Source: Elusimicrobiota bacterium (GTDB lineage Bacteria; Elusimicrobiota; Elusimicrobia; F11). From it: DNA of 56,364 bases. Numbering within the stretch: position 1 is the stretch's first letter; every line of letters starts with the position of its first letter. Location: assembly GCA_046153645.1 (NCBI GenBank), contig JBJXGI010000061.1:1-56364 (forward strand), in the 5' to 3' direction. The notes below the pieces were generated by a model that was not told where the DNA came from, made no database searches, and saw nothing but the letters and a program-made list of their open reading frames with translations. The position numbers and the translations under genes were made by a program. Of the stretch, positions 48,140 to 56,364 are shown in pieces.

Positions 48140-51100
48140 TTAAGCCCCAATACTCACCACTCGAGCAATACCAATCACGAGTCCCAAATTCCGGACTTGG
48201 ATTTCTTCATCAACAGAGAAAAGATCTTCTAAAACAACATAGTTGAGATGATACAAAAGGGACATGGGAAGACCTTTCATGGCAGATAATTCCAAAACCA
48301 ATGCTTTCGGAAGAACAAATACAGTATTTTTCTGCTCTTCTTCAGTCATAGTGGCCAAAGCTTTTTCAAATGCCTCCTGATTAAAAACACCTTTAATAAA
48401 AAGTTTTTCCTGAGGATGAACTTGGACTCGCTCCGCCCCCAGTTTTTCAGCTAAGCCGTTGAAGAGATCTTTAGTTTCTTTTTCATCATCAACGATAATA
48501 TTCGCACGTTGATTTGTTTTCGTATTTAAATAGTCTTGAATATTATCAGCGTCCCCATCACGAGCCAACATTTGAATTGGACTATTTTCGAGATCTGTTT
48601 TTTTAATCACTCGCCCCTGCCTTGCGCCAATTCGCTCGGCCAGCATAAGCCCTTGTTCAGGAGTTAAATTCAATGGATTCTCTTGTAATTTCCCTGAAAA
48701 CACCTGAACCAATTCTTCAAGCTCTTCAGCAGATGCATTTTGGATTGTGGAATTTTTCTTTTGAAAAAATTCCCCTATTTCCCGATTCAAAATTTCTTCG
48801 CCACCCAAAAATTGATTGAGCTTGAGGGGAGGGCTCAAGGGCTCAAGTCTCGGAATCCGACTTTTAGCATTTTTCCATCCATGCAAAACCCCACCAACAA
48901 TCGCACCTGTTCCTACAAAAACCCAGCCAGTTACAATCCACAATGGATCTGTCGAAAGAAACACGAGCAGAAAACCGGGAAGAGAAAAAAGAAGCCCTGC
49001 ATACCCCCAAGAAGCGGTTCGTGTAGCAGCGCGGGCCACTTCGGAATTATTTGTTACAGGACCATTGGATGTTATGACACCTTTGTTTAAATGTTGGTTA
49101 TAAAAATATCGACGGGAAAGTTCGATAAATAAAAATGTGTAAACGGAGAGGAGAAGAATAACTGAAACCAAAAGCAGAACGGGTGGAGCGGTAGACAAGT
49201 GCCCGCTTAAATTTAAAGTTTTAAAGATTCCCCAAATAATACTTGGAAATAAAACATAAAGCCCCATCTGTCGAAGGGCGCCTTCAAAAAAACCAACGGC
49301 TGCTAACTGGCCTTGAGATCCAAATCCTAAGAATTTTGAAATTCGCATGACACTGCGGTTGAACTTGTCGTTGATGGCGCCGGGGACGGCTGGGTTAGGG
49401 GTACCAAAGGTGTCCACTTGAGAACCGGTACCGGAATCTTTTTTCGCTAATTGAACGGAAATAAGTTGAGATACAATACTTTTCTGCGGATTAAACCCTT
49501 CTTGAGGCAGATTTTCTAGCAGTTCTCCTGGAATAACTACTCCCAACTGCGCCAACCGATCAGCATAGGTTTTAAGAAATCGGTTCATGTATATAACAGC
49601 CATGAGATAACGAACTTGCCATCTTTTATCCGCGGGGTCATTGGACAATTTGGCTACCCCCGGAACTCCATTAGAAATAACACCGGCATATTCATTCCAA
49701 AAATCCAGTGTTGCCCATTCATTAAAAGGAAGCCCCTTCAAAATCGGGTTTCGTTTTTTTAATTCCTCTTCCATAAGGCGAAGCGTTTCAATCATGATAC
49801 CGCTGTTTTGCAGGCCTTTTTCAGTCATATTGAGGTTAAACCGCAATGTGTCACTGTCAGCGGGTATTTCTTCGGCTGTAATGTCGTTCCAAATAGGATA
49901 CTTATGGTCCATGTTTTGAAACCATTTAATAAGGTCGTAGTAATCCGGCCCCATGTCACCGCTCGGGTCAATTGCTTTATTTAAAAACATATTGTCTGGC
50001 TTTAGATCACCATGGATAAGCCCAAATTTCCCGGGTTTTAAAAGATCAAATTGATCCAGCTTTATTAACTCAGCCAATCGGCGGGAAACTTCTGGAAGAT
50101 TAAGAAATTTATTATTTTCGTTCTCGATTTCAATAAACTTCGCATTGACCAACGGTTTTACACGATACCCTTCTTGTTCAACAAGGGTATGAGTCGCCTT
50201 CATTGCTTTGGCTGCACCTCGATTAGTCCGCCAATTTTCAGGAGCCTCTATCTCATTGCCTTTTCTCTCCTTAACAAAACCGTCATAAATTCTAAGAAAC
50301 TGAGTAACTGCCTTATTAGGGGGCATCTCTCTCTTGAGAAGAAGTTGTTCCAAATTTAGGCCGATGAGTAATTCCATAAAGTAAGCGCCTTCAACAGGTG
50401 CTAGTCGAACCCGAGGAAAATAAGTTTTTAGTGCTGGTGGTAAATTATTAAGCCAGTCGAATTCTTTTTTAGTTTTAGAAGGATCACCAAACTTCAAAAC
50501 TTCAAGGTTGCCGCTTCCATCCGGCACGAGAATGAGTTTTCCTTCAATACCTCTGGGCATCTTGTGTGTGAATGCGTGTTCTAAGATCGAGCTAGAAATT
50601 TCGAAATCAAGCGTTTCAGCTTCATCATCCATATAAATAACTCTAAAGATAATACCCGGCACTCCAGTGGATGTGACTTCCTGGCGAAAGGCCATAACAA
50701 TCGGGGTTCCATTATCGGCCAACTGTCCAAAAAGAGAAGTCATTTGATGGGCGGTTTCTTCTGGGTATACAAGATCAGGAGTTAGTTCTTTTGAAAAATA
50801 GGACCAGACATTTTGAGGAGAAATATATCGATCTGCCATTTCTCCATCACCATTACCAGGGTTACCAAGTATTTTGAATTTAGATCTGGATAAAAGCTTT
50901 GAGTTGTTGCTCACTTTTAAGCCGTCTGGACTATTTACGATTTCAATCGCTGGCATATCATTCGGATTGAGGTTAATTTGGCGAAATAACATTTTGTGAG
51001 AGCCATTTCGTCGTTCATATGTATCTCGAAATGTAGTCAACCATTGTTGAAGTTTGATGCGAGACACGGGTGATTTTTTCTTGGATGGGGTTTGAGATGC

Positions 51101-54100
51101 TTCTGGAATTTTTATAGAGCCTAAATACAAAGCAAGATGTCGGAAAAAATTTTTCTCTTCAGCAAACGAAGAGGGCTCACCAAACTGTCTAAGAATGGAA
51201 TCTGGATTCGCATAGCGAGCAAAAGCTTCTGCAAACATATGCCGATAAAAAACCTCTTCGTCATTTTTAAGAGCGGCATTTAACATGGCTCTGTAAAAAT
51301 TAACAAGGCCGGTTACTTGAGGAGTGTTTTTTCTCCATTGTTTCAGTGTTTCTATTGCCGCTTCGTCTCCAGCATCGGCATAATCATTGAGCGCAAACCA
51401 GATGGTTTTCCCGATGGACACAAAATAATCGTGAACCATTAATTCTCTTAATAATTCGGGTGTTCGAGCTGGAGGAAAAGAGGAAACAGTCAATTGTCCG
51501 ATTGCTTCCAATCGAGCTCGAATTTCGGGATCAATGTTTTTGTAAATATCTTCCTGTTTCCACTTACTAATATATTCAAGGAATTCATTGGGGTAATACT
51601 CTATTACTGAAGGAGAGTTAAGAATCGTATCTAAATCTTTCGTAGGAAAATCCGGAAAAAGAGAAAACAACATCCAATATCTTTCAAAATGAGAAAACTT
51701 AAAATAGGAAAGAGGAAATTCTCCATTCAGCGGACTCATACGCATTCTCGCGTAGTTTGCCTGAGCTCGATGAAAATAACCGAAGCCCGATTTTTGGAGA
51801 AGCGAACCCATACGAGCGATTTCTTTAGTTCCTATAAGACGAGTGAATCCTGGTTCTACTTCAGAAAAAGTTAGTGTCACAGTTCTGGGGAATCTGACGT
51901 TTGAGAGATGTTCAATGCCGGGTTCACCATAAACTGTTAACGTTGATCTCAGCGGGTTAACCCCATTATAAGGCAATTTGGGATTGGCCAAATGATTTTT
52001 TCTCTCTTCTGTCACAAGTTCTAAAAGCCGATTTCTTGCTCGTTGATAGAGCTTTTTATCATGATTTTTGGAAAGCGTTCTCCATGTGTCTTGGAAGATG
52101 CGGCGTGTTGGTTCTTCAGTATCGAAAATCCAATGATAAACCCATTCACCATGATTTGTTTCGAGCCATTTTCGTAAAGGATCATTTTTTCCAATACCTC
52201 TAAAGGCATCATCAATCAGAGAGAGCGCCGAAGGGATATGTGGATGCCCTTCCGGCAAGAAAGGATGAATTCTATTTTCATTGAAAGGGAAATGGAGAGC
52301 TGAATCTTCTGATTCTTCCGCTGCAGGAAGTATTCCCATGATAAGCCCCGCAATAAGTCCAAGAACGGGAAGAGCAAAGAAAATGATCACCAGTGAGACG
52401 ACAATTTTAGATGAGATTTCAGGAAGCATTGAGACTGTGCCAATTATTAGTGATATGTAAAATGCGCTTGAGGAAACGGAGACAAGTTTCGACATCCACT
52501 TCCCAAGTGTAGAAATGCCACTTCCTAAATTTTCACGCCCATGCAAAACCCCACCAACAATCGCACCTGTTCCTACAAAAACCCAGCCAGTTACAATCCA
52601 TAATGGATCTGTCGAAAGAAACACGAGCAGAAAACCAGGAAGAGAAAAAAGAAGCCCCGCATATCCCCAAGAAGCGGTTCGTGTAGCAGCGCGGGCCACT
52701 TCGGGATTATTTGTTACAGGACCTTTGGGTGTGATGACACCTTTATTTAAATGCTGGTTATAAAAATATCGACGGGAAAGTTGGATAAAGAAAAATGTGT
52801 AAACGAAGAGGACAAGAATAACTAAAACCGAAAGCAGTACGGGCGGAGCGGTTGACAAGTGCCCGCTCAAATTCAAAGTCTTAGAGATTCCCCAAACAAC
52901 GATTGGGAATAAAACATACACCCCCATTTGACGAAGGGCACCTTCAAAAAAACCAACGGCTGCTAACTGGCCTTGAGATCCAAATCCTAAGAATTTTGAA
53001 ATTCGCATGACACCGCGGTTGAACTTGTCGTTGATGGCGCCGGGGACGGCTGGATTAGGGGTACCAAAGGTGTCCACTTGAGAACCGGTACCGGAGCCGG
53101 AGCGAAGTGCCAATTCGTCGAATTGTGCGCCTAAAATTTTCTCGAAAAGGGAAAAAAGATTCCAATTAATTTCCCCAACTCCTTTGCCTTCGACCAGATT
53201 TTTATTCCAGAATAAATCGTGGGATGTGGAAAACAGTTCTTCACGTGTTGCGGCTTGAATTAACTGAAGACCTTTGGCATAGTCTCCGTCACCCGCCATT
53301 TCAATGTCTTTTTTCGTGAAAAACCCTTCTACAAGTTTTTGATTAGGTGTTTTCTCAACGCCCAAAAAAGCGAATATCTGCCTTAAAATAAGAATCGGCG
53401 CTCCTTGAGAACAAAGAATAAATGTATTCAAATAAAATGTCCGAAAATCATTAAAACCACGAATAATGAATTCATTGCGGGCAAATTCAGAATCCATTTT
53501 GTGGATCGGTTTTGCGTTTGTGTAATCGTAAAGTCGGGATACGCCATTTTTTGGAACACCGAAATTTCTTGGATGCGGGTGACCATGCGTCATGCCAATG
53601 GCCAGATTTCTGCGCAATGTTTGCGCGGATTTGTAAGACCAATCACCAAAGTCATCATAGATTTTTTTGGCAATTGGTATACCTTGGGATCCCATTCCAG
53701 TAATACCTTGAAGTCGCGCGTGGATAACGTCACCAACTCTTTCGTCTTTATCGTCTTCTAATCCCATTATGATGAAACCCACTTCTTTATCATTAAATTT
53801 CCATTCCGGACCTAAAAACTCACCCACCCCTTCGGGATAAGCGGTCGGTACACCATCATTAAATGCTTCGAGCATAGTTTCATATTCATTAATAACTTCA
53901 AAAAGATATCCGCCACCGACAGGATGTGGCAATACCGGCACTGAATGTATTTTCCCTTTTACGATTTCCAATTTATGAGTGGGCTGGCTTATAGCTTCAT
54001 CAGGACCAGCGACATATGTTTTTGTTAAGTCAGGCAGTCTGTCTTTATACCCCACGTTTTTTAACTTTTGTCCAGGCATAGATCCAACCGCTGTCAAAGG

Positions 54101-56362
54101 AGCTTGTCCATCGGCTAATCGTAATAAAACAGAACGCCCATAGGAGGTCACCCCTATACGGTTTGTGCGGTGTATGGCATCAGCAAACCGCTTTATAGCT
54201 ATCGGATTCAACCCACCCATTAAAGCTTTTAACGATATTTCAATATGAAGAGCGGGCTTCCCCTCTAATCCAGGAACTAAAAAAACTTGCCCATCCGAAA
54301 GGTATTTTGAAGGAACCAAAGATGTAACGCCTAAAACCAAACCGAAAAAAGGCGCGATAAAAGTGTTGTAAAGGAAGCCGTGAGCAAACATAACAAGGGA
54401 AAGAGCGGCGAGAATATTCCAAGAACCAAAAGGCAAATAATTGAGAAGAGCAAGAAAAAGAGAGCGAAGAATAATACTAAGAGCGGCAATGTTGATGAGA
54501 TTATAAATAGTTGGCGGGGCTCGAGATATTTTTCCATCCACTAATTTCATAACAGAATTCATATGAAAACGAAAGAAAATAAGCCCACTGATAATCGACA
54601 TGAGTAACAAACCTTCTTGCATGGGAAAATCGAACATATGATTTAAAAGAAAGGCCCCTCCGCCAACCAAAATGAAACTAAAAAATATTTCTTCCAGGGC
54701 ACCTATAACACCAACAATTTTTCGATCACTCCAGCCTTTTATCTGGAAACGCTTAACAAATGACTCTCTAAAAGTTGAAATGCTATTTAGCATCCTATTG
54801 CGCCAATTTTTCTGCTCTGAAACGGCCAAAGTTGCATTGATATTGGCGCGCCCCTTTAATGTCACTCCATCTGAAAGTTGAACAGGAGTCATTTCGTTAT
54901 TTCGTCTTTGGTTCCAAGTTGGGTCCATCCCATTATCAAATGCGAAAAAGGCTACAGGCGTCCAACCTAACTTCTCTGTTAACCATTCTTTCATGGTCCA
55001 ATAATTGGCACCTTTACTTCCTGATTTTCCGAGAATATTGACAAATGTTATGTCGCCATTTTTTTGAAGAGCTAAACCATTTAACGGGTACCGCGCTGTC
55101 GGAATAATAACGTAAATTTTATTTTTACCCTGCTCTTCATAAATAAAGAAATCGCCGGATGATTGAACCTGCTCTCGATTCATCTTTCGTTTATATCCCA
55201 TTTCAGTTTCTAAAATATTGGCCATCGTTTCTGGATCTAGTATTTTTTTATCTAAATCTATTAAGTCAAGTTCCAAAGGCATGAAAGAAAACGCTTTTCC
55301 CAAATTTGATGCCGAAGCCACTTCTTCTTCAGTAAAAGAATCGCCGGTTCTTGTGTTCCAATTTGTTGCAGATAATGCAACAGGGCGGTCAAATTCCAAG
55401 ATCGCCGTTTGAGAATTTTCCATTGATTTAACCGACGCATCAGAATACTCGGTCGTTCTAATTCGTCCGAGAAAAGTGGTGCTCCCTCTAACATCTATTA
55501 TTTGTTTTTTAAGACTGGAAACCAGATGCGATAGAAAAGCCCATAAAAGCGAATTTAAAATGAGTGTATCAGAGAGAGGATTAAAAGGAGCCGTAAATGA
55601 CGCCACATAAAGAAAGGGCCCAAAATAAATCATGAAAGAAAACAAATGAAGAGCAAAATGCCGCAAAACGATCAAAGCAGGCGGGCCACGAACATGACTC
55701 TCTTCCCAAACCCATTGGGTAACAAAATCGCCTTGATCGTTTATAACCACACGTTTCAAGTGCATGAGTAATAAAAATGCAACGCCCGCAACAACACCCA
55801 AAAGTGTTTGACCTTGAGAAACGCCCAACAAGTAAATTCCTAAAACAACAATGGCTTCCGCCCACCAACTGACATATTTAACAGCTTTTTCTTCCGCATT
55901 TGAAAAACCACTTTGTCGAACCCCCCACGCCCAAAAAGCGGAGGTATCAACTTGGGTTGAACGTGTGGCCCTTTTTTTCTTTGGCTTTTTCGACTTTTTA
56001 TCTTTTGAAGGAACATCAAGGCGATTTTTTAATTGTTTTATAGCGGCCACTTTAATCTGGCGGACGCGCTCTTTGGATATTTTGGGATTGAGTAAATTTC
56101 CGATCTCTTCAAATGTATATATTTCACTTCCGTTTAATCCCAAAACCATTTCGAGGATTTTTCTGTGTCTGGGGAGCAAAATTCCCATCGCTTCTTTAAG
56201 TAACTCTACCTGATCAGAGGAATCAACCTCCCCTTCTGATGAGGGGCCCTTGATTGGAATTTCATTTTGAGCGCCGCCATTTCCATCCTCTTTGGTATCG
56301 TTGAGGTGCAAAATACCTTCTCTTGAATTTATTGCTTCCCGAATTTTTTTTTCATTCCAAAG
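48140..56362 (-). CDS. Giant modular protein 2 (5'-truncated by the window): sigma-70 r3/4, 4 CPBP-like TM modules, phosphodiester-glycosidase-like, two kinase-fold domains, C-terminal domain
   Basis: The frame stays open from 56311 to the window edge (LWNEKKIREAINSREGILHLND). Motifs TFEEIG..ISKERVRQI, HGHPHPRN and HGDLKPDN. Confidence 0.9.
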   Translation of the reverse strand, partial: LWNEKKIREAINSREGILHLNDTKEDGNGGAQNEIPIKGPSSEGEVDSSDQVELLKEAMGILLPRHRKILEMVLGLNGSEIYTFEEIGNLLNPKISKERVRQIKVAAIKQLKNRLDVPSKDKKSKKPKKKRATRSTQVDTSAFWAWGVRQSGFSNAEEKAVKYVSWWAEAIVVLGIYLLGVSQGQTLLGVVAGVAFLLLMHLKRVVINDQGDFVTQWVWEESHVRGPPALIVLRHFALHLFSFMIYFGPFLYVASFTAPFNPLSDTLILNSLLWAFLSHLVSSLKKQIIDVRGSTTFLGRIRTTEYSDASVKSMENSQTAILEFDRPVALSATNWNTRTGDSFTEEEVASASNLGKAFSFMPLELDLIDLDKKILDPETMANILETEMGYKRKMNREQVQSSGDFFIYEEQGKNKIYVIIPTARYPLNGLALQKNGDITFVNILGKSGSKGANYWTMKEWLTEKLGWTPVAFFAFDNGMDPTWNQRRNNEMTPVQLSDGVTLKGRANINATLAVSEQKNWRNRMLNSISTFRESFVKRFQIKGWSDRKIVGVIGALEEIFFSFILVGGGAFLLNHMFDFPMQEGLLLMSIISGLIFFRFHMNSVMKLVDGKISRAPPTIYNLINIAALSIILRSLFLALLNYLPFGSWNILAALSLVMFAHGFLYNTFIAPFFGLVLGVTSLVPSKYLSDGQVFLVPGLEGKPALHIEISLKALMGGLNPIAIKRFADAIHRTNRIGVTSYGRSVLLRLADGQAPLTAVGSMPGQKLKNVGYKDRLPDLTKTYVAGPDEAISQPTHKLEIVKGKIHSVPVLPHPVGGGYLFEVINEYETMLEAFNDGVPTAYPEGVGEFLGPEWKFNDKEVGFIIMGLEDDKDERVGDVIHARLQGITGMGSQGIPIAKKIYDDFGDWSYKSAQTLRRNLAIGMTHGHPHPRNFGVPKNGVSRLYDYTNAKPIHKMDSEFARNEFIIRGFNDFRTFYLNTFILCSQGAPILILRQIFAFLGVEKTPNQKLVEGFFTKKDIEMAGDGDYAKGLQLIQAATREELFSTSHDLFWNKNLVEGKGVGEINWNLFSLFEKILGAQFDELALRSGSGTGSQVDTFGTPNPAVPGAINDKFNRGVMRISKFLGFGSQGQLAAVGFFEGALRQMGVYVLFPIVVWGISKTLNLSGHLSTAPPVLLSVLVILVLFVYTFFFIQLSRRYFYNQHLNKGVITPKGPVTNNPEVARAATRTASWGYAGLLFSLPGFLLVFLSTDPLWIVTGWVFVGTGAIVGGVLHGRENLGSGISTLGKWMSKLVSVSSSAFYISLIIGTVSMLPEISSKIVVSLVIIFFALPVLGLIAGLIMGILPAAEESEDSALHFPFNENRIHPFLPEGHPHIPSALSLIDDAFRGIGKNDPLRKWLETNHGEWVYHWIFDTEEPTRRIFQDTWRTLSKNHDKKLYQRARNRLLELVTEERKNHLANPKLPYNGVNPLRSTLTVYGEPGIEHLSNVRFPRTVTLTFSEVEPGFTRLIGTKEIARMGSLLQKSGFGYFHRAQANYARMRMSPLNGEFPLSYFKFSHFERYWMLFSLFPDFPTKDLDTILNSPSVIEYYPNEFLEYISKWKQEDIYKNIDPEIRARLEAIGQLTVSSFPPARTPELLRELMVHDYFVSIGKTIWFALNDYADAGDEAAIETLKQWRKNTPQVTGLVNFYRAMLNAALKNDEEVFYRHMFAEAFARYANPDSILRQFGEPSSFAEEKNFFRHLALYLGSIKIPEASQTPSKKKSPVSRIKLQQWLTTFRDTYERRNGSHKMLFRQINLNPNDMPAIEIVNSPDGLKVSNNSKLLSRSKFKILGNPGNGDGEMADRYISPQNVWSYFSKELTPDLVYPEETAHQMTSLFGQLADNGTPIVMAFRQEVTSTGVPGIIFRVIYMDDEAETLDFEISSSILEHAFTHKMPRGIEGKLILVPDGSGNLEVLKFGDPSKTKKEFDWLNNLPPALKTYFPRVRLAPVEGAYFMELLIGLNLEQLLLKREMPPNKAVTQFLRIYDGFVKERKGNEIEAPENWRTNRGAAKAMKATHTLVEQEGYRVKPLVNAKFIEIENENNKFLNLPEVSRRLAELIKLDQFDLLKPGKFGLIHGDLKPDNMFLNKAIDPSGDMGPDYYDLIKWFQNMDHKYPIWNDITAEEIPADSDTLRFNLNMTEKGLQNSGIMIETLRLMEEELKKRNPILKGLPFNEWATLDFWNEYAGVISNGVPGVAKLSNDPADKRWQVRYLMAVIYMNRFLKTYADRLAQLGVVIPGELLENLPQEGFNPQKSIVSQLISVQLAKKDSGTGSQVDTFGTPNPAVPGAINDKFNRSVMRISKFLGFGSQGQLAAVGFFEGALRQMGLYVLFPSIIWGIFKTLNLSGHLSTAPPVLLLVSVILLLSVYTFLFIELSRRYFYNQHLNKGVITSNGPVTNNSEVARAATRTASWGYAGLLFSLPGFLLVFLSTDPLWIVTGWVFVGTGAIVGGVLHGWKNAKSRIPRLEPLSPPLKLNQFLGGEEILNREIGEFFQKKNSTIQNASAEELEELVQVFSGKLQENPLNLTPEQGLMLAERIGARQGRVIKKTDLENSPIQMLARDGDADNIQDYLNTKTNQRANIIVDDEKETKDLFNGLAEKLGAERVQVHPQEKLFIKGVFNQEAFEKALATMTEEEQKNTVFVLPKALVLELSAMKGLPMSLLYHLNYVVLEDLFSVDEEIQVRNLGLVIGIARVVSIGA
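48879..53095. repeat. 557-bp intragenic direct duplication
   Basis: 48879-49435 vs 52539-53095, offset 3660 bp, about 35 mismatches by hand count, no indels. Confidence 0.95.
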
Positions 56363-56364
56363 GA

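Noticed and set aside
48879..53095. DGR template/variable repeat pair
   Set aside because: Mismatches are not adenine-specific in either copy, many are synonymous, and no reverse transcriptase is in the window.
56309..56311. TTG as the start of giant gene 2
   Set aside because: The frame is open to the window edge and there is no RBS, so the gene is truncated.

Overview
AT-rich Gram-negative chromosomal window. Elusimicrobiota-like origin is an inference from the PorV/FlgD, O-antigen-ligase-TPR and giant-protein content. Positions 1-21.9 kb form a minus-strand housekeeping run: yebC-ruvCAB-spoIID-rlmI-queA-tgt-HEAT-yajC-secD-secF, then a lipid A/LPS block (DUF374-WaaA fusion, GT9, 2xGT4, GT2, deacetylase, lpxK, lpxL). 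It carries a DnaA-box cluster and REP-like palindromes read in frame into signal peptides. Positions 22-25.4 kb are an accessory patch of small cassettes bounded by direct repeats. Positions 25.4-33.5 kb hold a PorV + FlgD-CTD cargo + O-antigen-ligase/TPR locus. tRNA-Asp and tRNA-Phe are followed by two giant modular genes: one of 3777 aa and one of >2740 aa that is open at the window edge. The first lies between tRNA-Phe and a copy of its 3' end. The best candidate for a new system is these polyproteins, in which unrelated cargo domains (midasin-like AAA, HExxH, LRR, two kinase folds, sigma-70 r3/4) are separated by repeated CPBP/Abi-like intramembrane-protease modules. Two of the modules contain RAPP/RGPP arrest-like motifs, and both giants end in a shared C-terminal domain. 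All domain calls come from motif reading, with no database searches.
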